Positions 43,701-52,141 of a stretch of DNA of 52,141 nt are shown here, piece after piece; within the stretch, counting starts at the first letter, position 1, and each line of letters starts with the position of its first letter. The position numbers were made by a program, and so were the translations under genes. The stretch comes from a virus (lineage: Duplodnaviria > Caudoviricetes): IMG/VR virus record IMGVR_UViG_3300031957_000416, positions 1 to 52,141 of that record. The stretch is one strand, 5' to 3'. The notes under the pieces were generated by a model. That model saw nothing but the letters and a program-made list of their open reading frames with translations, was not told the DNA's origin and searched no databases.

Positions 43701-45688
43701 CTTAATATTTTACCAGTAGTTCCTTTAACATTACCAGTAAGATCTACTTCAATAGGTTTGCCATCTTTGTCTAACTTAAAGCCTGTTCTTTCTGCATTTA
43801 GTAAAGTATCTTCTAATTGTCTATAGTGTTTTATTGGTGATTCACCTGGATCAGGCCTTAGATTAATACTAGCAACTGCAAGTCTGGCTATATGTTTTTG
43901 TACTTTATCTATAGATTTTTTGTATATTGTAAGTCTTTTAGTTAATTGTGATTCTTTTTTAGTTTTTAATTCTAGTGCTTTTGGTAAAAGTCCTTTAGCC
44001 CAAGCATCTCCTTTTTTTCTAGACTTAGCAATCTTTTGTATTTGACTTAATTTAATCTCTACCTTTGCACCATCTCCTAAAAACTTTAACCCATGAGTTT
44101 TTGCAAGATCTCTAGCTATACTTACATTTTCTGCAGCTACTCTACTGTTACTACTTCTAGCCTCTAATGATAAATTAAGATCTTCAAATGATGTTTTAGG
44201 TTTTTTTACTTCTGGTGTTTTTCTAATTGGTACAATATTTTTAGTTCTAGCATTGATATGAAATGTCATATCTAAATATTTGCCATCAAGTATAACTTGA
44301 TCTCTAGGTATAGTTACTCTTTCTGTAGCTTCTTTTTCACCTTTTGAAACATCAAGATTTTCTTTCTTTGTTTCTGGCTTTACTCTCTTAAACGGTATTA
44401 AATTTCTGCCTTCTTCTATAGCACGTTTAGTTGCTTTACTTGGTATAAGTAATTCAACATTGCCAGTATCTGGCATTACTTTATCACGCTTATCTCTTTT
44501 AGTTAATTCTTTTTTAGATAGCTCAGTAAATTCAAATGGTATTGGCTCAGTCTCTCTGTGATATCCTTTTCCATTACCTTTTATAAAAGTAAATAAAGTT
44601 TCAGAATGTGCTGTTAATCTTCCAGCATCATTTCTTAGTGAAGCATAAGCAGGCGTTAATGTTAGAGTCTCTTTAGGAGGAGCAGTAAATGCACCTTCAC
44701 CTGGCTTTTTTAATCCTATCATAGGGCCAGCAAATCCTAATCCTGCTAATGTGATAGCACCAGATATAACTTCTGTTGCACCACCACCATGCATCTTAGC
44801 AGAAGCTGCACCAATAGCACCTAATGCTACAGATCGTGTTGCCCAACCAGGTAGCATACCTACACTACCAAATGCAGCACCTTCAATAGTTCCTAATGCT
44901 GTATTAGTAAATACTTTTTCCCAAGGCTGTTCATATGATCCTAAAAATCCCACAGTACCAAATGCAAGAGCAGAACCACCAACAACTGCACCAGGGATTC
45001 CAACTGCAGCTAGACCAGCTATAGCACCAGCTGTATAGGCACCATACTCAGCTATCATTATAGGAGCACCAGCAAATCCTGCAACAACTTGTTCTGCTAT
45101 TGTATCAGGTACAAAGTCTTGACCTAAGTTAAACATATGTTGAGGGCCAAGAGTTTCTGCTGTGTCTCTTAGATAATCTTCTGCACTGTCTATTCCTGCC
45201 AATGTGTGAAATGCAAAACTCTTTAATGAGTTTTCATCTAACGATTTCTTAAACTTTTCTTTTTCAAGTATCTTTTGTTTTAAAACTTCTCTTTCTGCAT
45301 ATGTACCTTGATTAGTATCTATAGCAATATTTTCACCATTAACATAATCAAACTTCCATTGATCAGGATTAGCACCTAGTTTTTCTAGTGTGTAATCTGC
45401 AAGAGCATCTGTCCATCCAGGTATACCACTAAGATTATATACTGCACCTGACAGTGCACTTGAGAATCCATACTTTGCAGCTTTACCTAATTCTGTAGTT
45501 TTAGGCTCTTCAACAAATGGTATATAGTCTAAATTTAATTTTTCTTGTATAGTACCAGCATCATCACTCCAGTAGTTAACCTTTTCTGGCACACCAAACT
45601 GATATCCCGGGACATTATACAATATCCTGTTATCACGTTCCTCAAGAGGTACCTCAGTGATACTCTTAATTTTACCATATTCAGCCAT
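40724..45688 (-). CDS. Large internal virion (ejection) protein
   Basis: 1654 aa with a Gly/Ala-rich hydrophobic segment near aa 200-325. Size and position match podovirus core proteins. Confidence 0.7.
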   Translation of the reverse strand: MAEYGKIKSITEVPLEERDNRILYNVPGYQFGVPEKVNYWSDDAGTIQEKLNLDYIPFVEEPKTTELGKAAKYGFSSALSGAVYNLSGIPGWTDALADYTLEKLGANPDQWKFDYVNGENIAIDTNQGTYAEREVLKQKILEKEKFKKSLDENSLKSFAFHTLAGIDSAEDYLRDTAETLGPQHMFNLGQDFVPDTIAEQVVAGFAGAPIMIAEYGAYTAGAIAGLAAVGIPGAVVGGSALAFGTVGFLGSYEQPWEKVFTNTALGTIEGAAFGSVGMLPGWATRSVALGAIGAASAKMHGGGATEVISGAITLAGLGFAGPMIGLKKPGEGAFTAPPKETLTLTPAYASLRNDAGRLTAHSETLFTFIKGNGKGYHRETEPIPFEFTELSKKELTKRDKRDKVMPDTGNVELLIPSKATKRAIEEGRNLIPFKRVKPETKKENLDVSKGEKEATERVTIPRDQVILDGKYLDMTFHINARTKNIVPIRKTPEVKKPKTSFEDLNLSLEARSSNSRVAAENVSIARDLAKTHGLKFLGDGAKVEIKLSQIQKIAKSRKKGDAWAKGLLPKALELKTKKESQLTKRLTIYKKSIDKVQKHIARLAVASINLRPDPGESPIKHYRQLEDTLLNAERTGFKLDKDGKPIEVDLTGNVKGTTGKILSFVETFGLPAKLAGDPSKNAFLRFVTTGVKNTQRAIEAGKDDILYRRLIDPSYKPDKMKFIEENPGIFQGGVLYNFGNIIGKIQTFKSKDGAWTQFEQLLKERGKEKGIESATKIINAMVEREVLMQSLAKKAVGKKASKEKIEQELLSKRDDGSFKYQMNYKEMKRLYKLSANEIGIIKNLDKGLAEARIYHNKAVTQNPEVGATIIPERPNYFPRTWIGRHRLYIKEPGKDGNVVHAIAGKTEKEVYGVFDTFIKKNPEYKNYEVNYELKSDLAVGGKRENMNLSFDESIRLWDKKNPEIATLLKQSQKDYNATRGFGARKVARKDVGGYAGTGKEGRRLIEEFTEAYIGYVDGAVRSAEAIRFRAQVDPVVSGRSAFNDLIPQQVTFAKKYVDNAFGRDASFIAKKGDKLIETIADSGIFKKFSSPNTFQKAIQVANSFTLHKALLFFNPRFLYSQIVQPYQMGMQRLQFMKVEYGIKGDVGKAVVEGSYLPFKPTKEFRELVVDALRTGTIDTKFLKEFGLDTRTGERIVTVTESMVNKMFERATGKRLSEIAERHSRLTALAMNYSFLKSGKYDVTNGKQNMFNTAKWMTDNMMVEYNFTNRPMMYTHQGLGTIGSLFGLFKTFQHNYYGQVAQYARTWAKNPKSFEAASPLLMHATSMIMTAGLFGIMGVNQVDYLLRKMNDGVQFGLKAAKVDNPSQYRIPEYTETVLKLDIAPEQKFGLPSGILGVDVSSTLAAPGLGPGDIFSLPTLDALFGMTSKTNEGVIGNAFNVVMKAATGTYSDVDMYKFLKSSMPTVLLADVERRFSGVSGEAMFSVIPGFEKESKVPRDVTDERGMYFQFKEGKYVVTNPYKNMRGQIERDIGGFWARYLGGRTFEESIILKSIWQSTKISMNQKDKINALVTAAASDGYDGLYDNIMFYTDSAMDLGYTQDQFIEKVTNRMETMSNTVLGRLKAYGDRHNMTRDDFIRSVLHNNNIILAYPPGSK

Positions 45689-45691
45689 ATA

Positions 45692-47611
45692 CTACTCTGT
45701 ATCTTTAGCTTGTGCTAAGAATTTTTTTATTTTAGGTAGTTGTCGTTTAAAGTCTTTTATATTTTTATTGTAGAATCTTAAGTCTTCTCCATACTGCCCC
45801 TCTAAACTTTGCTCATCCTCTGGATAATTTTCTTTTTTTGGTACATCAAATGAATTAACAAATGACTCCCAAGCTCCCATATTTTCTGAAGCCCAAGATA
45901 ATAACTCTGGGTTTGGCTCTTCTGTGTTTCTAACGTTAAGTTTAGAAGGTGGTAAGAACTCTTCATAGTTATCTCTATTTATAGAAGTAGGTATTACATC
46001 AGGATCTTCTGCTTTCTTTTTATTGTACACTTCAAATTCTTCTTGTGACATATTTAAGAATGGCTGAATAGCTTCCATGCCACCAGATGAGTTTACTATT
46101 TCCTGTTTAAGCAGGTCACGATTATTTGGACTCATGCCAGAGAATACTCCAGAATCTCCTCCAACTAATTGTTTACTGCCATCAGGAGAATATATACCAA
46201 ATAAATCTCTAGCATCTACAATATTAATTGTTTCATAAATATCTTTTGGATTTACAATTTGTAATCCCCCATCAGGTAATACTTGTGGATTAATAGATCC
46301 TGTTATTTGTTTTTCTGTAAAAGGTGCTTCTGGGTTATCTCTAACATCTACAAGAACTTTTACATTTAATCTAGGATCATCTCCAGGATTTTTAAATTGA
46401 CCAAATAAATCATAGTAACCTTGATTTCTATATTCAGCAATTGCAGTCTCTCTGTACCTACTTACAACATCGTCATATAGTGTTTTATTTGTAATTTCTG
46501 TTCCGCCAACATCTATAGAACCTTCAGGATCTTTATTGTATCTATTAATGATTTGAGTATCAGGATTAAGAGGATCTCTTGATAATTCAGAGATCATATT
46601 ATTTGTATAATCTAAAACTGCTCTATCTAATGTACTTAAAGCATTCATGACACTGTTTTGAGATATACGTCCTTCAGCCCTTGCTATATCAATAGCTTCT
46701 CCAATAGTAGACACATTAGGAGATTGTAGCATCATAGTTTGTGCAGTCTGTAGCTGATAGCTAAATTTATATTTTTCTCTTAATAGATCTGCCTGTGCGC
46801 CCATTCCTGGTACAGCGTTAAATGCTGCCATATCTAAATCTTGTTTAGTTAACCTTGGAACCCAGTTTACTGTCTGTGCCATTTTAGTTAAATTCATACT
46901 AGGCAGATCGTCCATTGTAGCTTTATCTACAATATCATTTATGTTTGTTAAAAATTGTTCTTGGCTTACTCTTCCCTCTGTATATTCAGGTGAATCAAAT
47001 GCACTTTCACTAACAACCCCAGGTTGCACAAAATCTTGTACAAATAATTTACTAGCGTTCTCTCCAGTTAAATTAGCAAGGCCTGTGTTAACTTGTTTAT
47101 TATAGGTATCTCTTTGTTGTTTTATTATGTCTCCTACAGTGGCACCTTGTCCATAAACTTCATATATACTTTTTATTTCTTTAGTATCTCCTGTTATATC
47201 TCCAGCTGGAGCAAACTGTTGATTTGCACCTTCTCCTGTTATGTCCCCAGATAAACCTGTAAGCAGGTAACTGTCTATTAAATTTTTTGCCTTACTTATA
47301 TCATTCATCTTGAATAAAGTAGGATTTTTAAAATATAATAAAGCTAAATCATCTTCTTTGTCAGCCCCATATTGACCTTTTAATAATTCATAATTATTTT
47401 TCATAGTGTCAAAGACATTATTTTTAATAGACTGCTGATCTCCTGTTTGCCTTCTAGCATCATTTACTGAATTAAGAACTAAGGTTGCTCCTGCTTGTTC
47501 TCCTTCAGCAATAAGATCTTCTTCAGTTTGCTTTTCTTTTTCTTGCCTTGCAAGTAAACTTCCAAGGGCACCTGTTGCAGCTGGTACTAGTAATCTTTTT
47601 AAATCAACCAT
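45692..47611 (-). CDS. Internal virion protein
   Basis: 639 aa in the core-protein cluster. Confidence 0.6.
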   Translation of the reverse strand: MVDLKRLLVPAATGALGSLLARQEKEKQTEEDLIAEGEQAGATLVLNSVNDARRQTGDQQSIKNNVFDTMKNNYELLKGQYGADKEDDLALLYFKNPTLFKMNDISKAKNLIDSYLLTGLSGDITGEGANQQFAPAGDITGDTKEIKSIYEVYGQGATVGDIIKQQRDTYNKQVNTGLANLTGENASKLFVQDFVQPGVVSESAFDSPEYTEGRVSQEQFLTNINDIVDKATMDDLPSMNLTKMAQTVNWVPRLTKQDLDMAAFNAVPGMGAQADLLREKYKFSYQLQTAQTMMLQSPNVSTIGEAIDIARAEGRISQNSVMNALSTLDRAVLDYTNNMISELSRDPLNPDTQIINRYNKDPEGSIDVGGTEITNKTLYDDVVSRYRETAIAEYRNQGYYDLFGQFKNPGDDPRLNVKVLVDVRDNPEAPFTEKQITGSINPQVLPDGGLQIVNPKDIYETINIVDARDLFGIYSPDGSKQLVGGDSGVFSGMSPNNRDLLKQEIVNSSGGMEAIQPFLNMSQEEFEVYNKKKAEDPDVIPTSINRDNYEEFLPPSKLNVRNTEEPNPELLSWASENMGAWESFVNSFDVPKKENYPEDEQSLEGQYGEDLRFYNKNIKDFKRQLPKIKKFLAQAKDTE

Positions 47612-48129
47612 TATTCATCCTCTTCTTGTGTTGGTCTTGACATTAAACTTTCAGTAGGCTCTTCTTCTTTTTCTTGTATTTCTTTTATTTTTCCAATATC
47701 TTTTTCTGTTCTCTCTGATAAAAATTTTATAAATTGTGCATCTGCCATTCCAACTTCAAAATCATTTTGTTCTGGATCTTCTGGTGTCATACTTAATCTC
47801 ATATTATCAACTTCTGCTATGGTGCCAATTGTTAATACAGCTTCTGTAACTAATCTTGTTAGTAAAAGAGCAACGTCAACTGTGTAGGCACCAGCTTGAA
47901 AGCCACCAAAAACTATAGTTCTTGCAACACCCTCAACAGGCAACCCTGCCTCAAGCATCATTATAATATTTTTTGTACTTTTATCGTTAAATATTTTATC
48001 CATGGTAGCATCAGCTGCCTCTTCAAATGAAGCATGCTGTGGTGGTTTTTCCCACGCCCATTTACCAGGCTCGTCTGTTAAAGATTGTCCAGGAATGGGG
48101 CTATTGAACTCATCGTATTCTGGCTCCAT
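47611..48129 (-). CDS. Conserved virion-module protein
   Basis: PIPGQSLTDEPGKWAWEKPP motif. Confidence 0.68.
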   Translation of the reverse strand: MEPEYDEFNSPIPGQSLTDEPGKWAWEKPPQHASFEEAADATMDKIFNDKSTKNIIMMLEAGLPVEGVARTIVFGGFQAGAYTVDVALLLTRLVTEAVLTIGTIAEVDNMRLSMTPEDPEQNDFEVGMADAQFIKFLSERTEKDIGKIKEIQEKEEEPTESLMSRPTQEEDE

Positions 48130-48130
48130 A

Positions 48131-48412
48131 TTATCCTCTCCTTGTAGTTGCTCTTGCTTCTGCTAAAGCTCTTTTAAAAATACCGTTATATTTATTGTAC
48201 ACTACATCATATGTAGTTGTAACTCTTGCTGTTGGTGCTTTTGTTTGAGTAGCTGCTGACATTTTTGATGTTGCTACAGGTACTCTACCTCTTAATCTTT
48301 TAATTTTTGAACTTATAGCGTCATCAGCTTCATCTCTAGTTAAATAGTCATAGCCATATTCAAGGCCTTTCATTATAGTGTCACCATCAATATTAATTCC
48401 AAATAAATTCAT
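48131..48412 (-). CDS. Hypothetical virion-module protein
   Basis: 93 aa with AGGAG RBS. Confidence 0.65.
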   Translation of the reverse strand: MNLFGINIDGDTIMKGLEYGYDYLTRDEADDAISSKIKRLRGRVPVATSKMSAATQTKAPTARVTTTYDVVYNKYNGIFKRALAEARATTRRG

Positions 48413-48427
48413 ATATGTCTCCTATTA

Positions 48428-49759
48428 TTATTTTTCCCACATTCCTAAAGCAAAAGCCCCAAGAAATTCTAATAGTCTATCTTCACTTTGCTTATCCATA
48501 ATATCAAATGTTGTTGATCTTTCCATAGCAGCAACTGCTAAATTGTGAGATCTATTTCTATCATTTTCAGCAGTAGAGTTAGCCCATGATGCCTCATCTC
48601 TCCACTGTTGCCATAGAGCATTCATTGAGTAGTTTGATATATCTAAAACTGCTTGTGCGTTAGCTTGATTAGCCGCATTAGTTGCTGCAGTGTTTGCTGT
48701 ATTTATTGCACGTCTCCATTCAACATTACTTTGATCTACTATTCTTTGATTCTCTACATTAAATCTTTGTCTTTGATCTTTTAATTGGGCATTAAAAACT
48801 TCTTTTTGTTGTGCTCTACCAGCATTAGCTTCATTAACTGCTGTTGCATTATTTGCATTTAATGCATTAGCCTTATTAATTTCTGTTTTATTAAACTGTT
48901 GCATTGCATCAAATCTTTTTGCATTTGATTCTTTTATTGACGCATTTAAATTTGAAAAGAATTGATCAGTTTGTTGTTGGTTAGTAGCATTAAATTGTCT
49001 AGAAGCATTATTAGCAGCCTGATCTGATAATAAAAATTGTTGCTTTAATTGTGCATTAGTTAGGGATGCCTGTTGTTTATTACTAAGATTTGCCATATCC
49101 AATTGAAAATAATTTTGAGCATTTGTTATCATTGCCTGCTGTCTATTATTTAAATTTTGGAATATCATATCCTTATAAGTAGCTGCATCAGCTGCTGCTA
49201 TTTGTGTAGATGCTCTAAGAACACCTTCAGCCACTGCATCTGCTGCTATAGTACTAGCAGATAATCCTCTTTGTGCCATAGCTGCCATAGCCATTTTTTG
49301 AGCACCTCTAGCAAATGCAGGCAATGGTGTACCTGCAGCTAAAGCACTCTCAATATCTTGAGTAATGTCTTCTAACTGTCCTTGAACTGTTGCTTGTTTT
49401 GTAATTGATCCTGATGCTCCAGCAGCTGGTTGAGTTAAATTTGCCTGTTGTGCTGGTGTCATTTGTGGTGCAGTAGTGGCACCTAATGCTGCTGTATAGG
49501 TTTGTGCGGTAGGCTGAGTAACAGCCCCTACTGTTTGTGTTGCAGCTGTAGTTGGAGCAGCTTGAGTAACAACGCCTGCAGTTTGTGCAGTTGCTTGTGG
49601 TGCAGTAGCAGGAGCACCAGCAGTTTTCATTGTTTCGCCTGTGCCTACATTCTGTGCTTGTACTTGTACTTCAGCACCAGAAGGAAGCTGTGGTTTATTT
49701 ACTTGACCACCTATAACTTTCTGTATAGCTTGCGATTGTTGTGATACCTTTGTAGCCAT
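48428..49759 (-). CDS. Ala/Gln/Asn-rich internal virion (pilot-like) protein
   Basis: QRGLSASTIA motif, QFNA-type repeats, long helical composition. Confidence 0.7.
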   Translation of the reverse strand: MATKVSQQSQAIQKVIGGQVNKPQLPSGAEVQVQAQNVGTGETMKTAGAPATAPQATAQTAGVVTQAAPTTAATQTVGAVTQPTAQTYTAALGATTAPQMTPAQQANLTQPAAGASGSITKQATVQGQLEDITQDIESALAAGTPLPAFARGAQKMAMAAMAQRGLSASTIAADAVAEGVLRASTQIAAADAATYKDMIFQNLNNRQQAMITNAQNYFQLDMANLSNKQQASLTNAQLKQQFLLSDQAANNASRQFNATNQQQTDQFFSNLNASIKESNAKRFDAMQQFNKTEINKANALNANNATAVNEANAGRAQQKEVFNAQLKDQRQRFNVENQRIVDQSNVEWRRAINTANTAATNAANQANAQAVLDISNYSMNALWQQWRDEASWANSTAENDRNRSHNLAVAAMERSTTFDIMDKQSEDRLLEFLGAFALGMWEK

Positions 49760-49902
49760 TATCTTCTCTTTCCTTGTCCTCTATACTTTTTAAAACTTGC
49801 TTTCTTTTTTTTATTCATAGTACTTTTAATAGGATTACGACCTATTGAAGTTCCTTTTTGTATTCGTATGTGTTCAGTATGGGACTTCCATTTTTTTGCC
49901 AT
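49759..49902 (-). CDS. Small basic protein (47 aa, not on ORF track)
   Basis: MAKKWKSH...STMNKKKKASFKKYRGQGKRR. Confidence 0.7.
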   Translation of the reverse strand: MAKKWKSHTEHIRIQKGTSIGRNPIKSTMNKKKKASFKKYRGQGKRR

Positions 49903-49903
49903 A

Positions 49904-50107
49904 CTATATTAAACTTCTAACTATAAGATAACACATCTGGGCAAAAACAGTTCCGCCTACTACCCATATAAATTTTGATAGTCTATCAATATCTTGAGAC
50001 ATGTGTTCAAGATGGTTATCTTTTATAGTGTCTATTTTTTGATGAATTAATTTTAAATCACCTTCTATACGAATGATGGCTTCTTTGTTTTCTTGCTCAG
50101 CTGACAT
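49904..50107 (-). CDS. Small coiled-coil protein with a C-terminal TM helix
   Basis: IKDNHLEHMSQDIDRL followed by FIWVVGGTVFAQMCYLIV. Confidence 0.68.
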   Translation of the reverse strand: MSAEQENKEAIIRIEGDLKLIHQKIDTIKDNHLEHMSQDIDRLSKFIWVVGGTVFAQMCYLIVRSLI

Positions 50108-50111
50108 TATA

Positions 50112-50408
50112 TTAACTTAGAGTGCTAACGTCAAAACTATTGTCAACTGTATCAGCTACTGGTGGGTTCTTGTATACGTTATGTTTTTTTGCAAACATAT
50201 CATCCCAATGTGCTTCATCCATAAGTGTCAACAATTCAGCTTTAGTATAGCTACCTGGTGCTTTAGATGGTACATCTATCTTTTCAGATTTTTTAAATGT
50301 ATGAGAAAAGTCACCGTCAGTATATTTATACTCAACCGACCATTCTGTTACATTGCCATCAGCATTTGTTTTAGGTTTAGCTGATACCCATTCTTTAGTT
50401 ACTGCCAT
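50112..50408 (-). CDS. Tail-fibre-associated small protein
   Basis: 98 aa with AAGGAG RBS, after the fibre gene. Confidence 0.62.
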   Translation of the reverse strand: MAVTKEWVSAKPKTNADGNVTEWSVEYKYTDGDFSHTFKKSEKIDVPSKAPGSYTKAELLTLMDEAHWDDMFAKKHNVYKNPPVADTVDNSFDVSTLS

Positions 50409-50409
50409 T

Positions 50410-52141
50410 TTATTCTCCTTTTAGAGTATTTACTTCATTTTGTAGAGTTGTTACTTGTGCGGACAACTCTTGTACCGCTTTTATTAGTGGCATTACAAAA
50501 GCTTCTTTAGATAAAGTTTGTGTCTTTTCTTTACCTTCGTTATTTTCTCTTTCTTTCCAACCACCAAAATTATTTATATCATGCTTGTCCATAGCACTTT
50601 TAACTTCTTGAGCTATTAAACCATCAATTGTTACTGTAGTGTTCATTAAATTTTTATTTGGATTATGCTCAACCATAGTATTTGAAACTTCTTGAGATGC
50701 TTTCCAATTAAAAGTTACTGGTCTTAATTCATTAATAAAATCTAATGCTTTCCAATCAATATTAGTTATATTTGTTTTTAATCTTTCATCAGAACTTCTT
50801 GACCAGTTTGCATCAGCATCAAAATCATTTGTTACAACATTACTTGTTTTACCAAAAGAAAAGTCATTTGCTGATGCTGATATTTGAAAACCTATTGCAA
50901 TACCAAAATCTTGAGTTGCATCAGCTACATCAGAACCAGAACCAATACAAATATTTGCACTACCACTAGTTATACTAGCACCAGCATCAAGACCAAGTCC
51001 AACATTGTCTGTTCCAGCTAATACATTTGGTAAAGAGTTATAGCCAACAGTAGTATTATCACCACCTGTAGTTACATCTGTAAGTGCTTGATATCCGATA
51101 CCAGTGTTTTTATCACCTGAAGTTAAAGCGTCTAATGCAAAGCTACCTATTGCTATGTTGTATTCTCCACCAGCTATAGAAGAACCTAGTGAATAATTAC
51201 CAATACCTATGTTGTGATTTTCAGTATCGTAAACTCTACCAGCATCATAACCAATATGTATTGCACCACCACCTGTTGTTAATCCGTCACCAGCCCTGTG
51301 TCCTATAGCTGTAACATTTCCAGTTGTAAGTGCTGTACCAGCTTGATAACCCAAAGCAGTATTACCATCACCAGAAGTTAAAGCATCTAGTGAATAGTTA
51401 CCAATAGCTACATTGTATTCACCGCCAGCAACCGATCCACCTAGTGCATCAGTACCAATACCAAGGTTATGTGTTTCAGTATCAAAACCATCACCAGCAG
51501 CTCTACCAATCATTATATTGTTGGCACCAGTTGTTACTGACACTCCAGAAGATGAACCTATAAATACACTATCAGTAGCAGATGTTAAAGCTCTTGCTGC
51601 TTGGAAACCTACTACGGTATTATTATTTCCTGTCATAGTTCCTGTATCACAAGCATCCGCACCTAATATTAAATTATAACTTGCAGACGTTAGTGTTTTT
51701 GCAGCTGTGTGTCCAAGTATGGTGTTATCAATTCCTGTCGTTAATGCCGTTCCAGCTTGATAACCAACAGCTGTGTTATTAGCACCAGTGCTTGTTTCTA
51801 AAGCAGAAGAACCAATTGCTACACTGTTACTTGCTGTTTCATTAGAGTCTAATGCCCTTCTGCCTATTGCAACATTAAAATTTCCAGTAGTGTTTGTATC
51901 TAAAGCTCTATAACCAATTGCTACATTATAAGCACCTTCAGTATTTGCTTTTAAAGAATCGGTTCCAAGTCCTGTGTTTTCACTTCCTGTAGTAGTAGCA
52001 CTTCCAGCATTATATCCGACTGCTACATTGTTATCACCCGAAGTCAAAGCATCGAGTGAATTGTTACCAATAGCTACATTAAATTCACCACCAGCTACTG
52101 CTCCACCAAGAGCATCTAAACCAATAGCTAAATTGTGATTC
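50410..52141 (-). CDS. Tail fibre / spike, 5'-truncated, with a C-terminal peptidase S74 chaperone domain
   Basis: The frame stays open to the window end (NHNLAIGLDALGG...). It has roughly 14-aa NxAxGxxA beta-roll repeats and S|SDERLKTNI...LRPVTFNWK...GLIAQEV...LIKAVQEL. Confidence 0.88.
   Translation of the reverse strand, partial: NHNLAIGLDALGGAVAGGEFNVAIGNNSLDALTSGDNNVAVGYNAGSATTTGSENTGLGTDSLKANTEGAYNVAIGYRALDTNTTGNFNVAIGRRALDSNETASNSVAIGSSALETSTGANNTAVGYQAGTALTTGIDNTILGHTAAKTLTSASYNLILGADACDTGTMTGNNNTVVGFQAARALTSATDSVFIGSSSGVSVTTGANNIMIGRAAGDGFDTETHNLGIGTDALGGSVAGGEYNVAIGNYSLDALTSGDGNTALGYQAGTALTTGNVTAIGHRAGDGLTTGGGAIHIGYDAGRVYDTENHNIGIGNYSLGSSIAGGEYNIAIGSFALDALTSGDKNTGIGYQALTDVTTGGDNTTVGYNSLPNVLAGTDNVGLGLDAGASITSGSANICIGSGSDVADATQDFGIAIGFQISASANDFSFGKTSNVVTNDFDADANWSRSSDERLKTNITNIDWKALDFINELRPVTFNWKASQEVSNTMVEHNPNKNLMNTTVTIDGLIAQEVKSAMDKHDINNFGGWKERENNEGKEKTQTLSKEAFVMPLIKAVQELSAQVTTLQNEVNTLKGE

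Larger units (their letters stand above)
1..52141. mobile_element. Near-complete tailed phage genome (podovirus-like, HMO-2011-type-like)
   Basis: Terminase, portal, scaffold, capsid, tail tubular-like proteins, primase, helicase and PolA with a DnaJ-like insert. No host housekeeping genes. Confidence 0.93.

Noticed and set aside
15651-45612. CCGG appears rare, and the copies I noticed are within CCCGGG
   Set aside because: I cannot count k-mers reliably by eye. An observed/expected computation is needed before linking this to MTase specificity.
1-52141. tRNA or rRNA genes, and a diversity-generating retroelement behind the fibre repeats
   Set aside because: No cloverleaf or rRNA-like sequence was recognised by eye and no reverse transcriptase is present. 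tRNAscan would be needed to exclude tRNAs firmly.

Overview
The window is an AT-rich, nearly complete podovirus-like phage genome, opened inside a tail-fibre gene: a gene start runs off the left edge and a tail-fibre C-terminus runs in from the right edge. The gene set resembles marine HMO-2011-type phages, based on a family A DNA polymerase carrying a DnaJ-like Zn-finger insert and no RNA polymerase. The minus strand carries the packaging, head and tail module (1-18.8 kb) and the internal virion, lysis and tail-fibre genes (37.6-52.1 kb). A control and early region (19-24 kb) holds back-to-back consensus sigma70 promoters, a repeated palindrome and structured non-coding DNA. The plus strand carries replication and DNA-modification genes (24-37.6 kb). 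The most notable items are: a C5-cytosine methyltransferase split over two overlapping frames, whose nested subunit has its own RBS and four tandem W/F-x-T-P modules; a Hedgehog-like G|CF Hint-domain protein between the portal and scaffold genes; a perfect promoter firing into about 450 nt of ORF-free structured sequence; an H-type pseudoknot next to an RBS; and three apparently leaderless transcripts. All family assignments come from motif recognition by eye, not from database searches.
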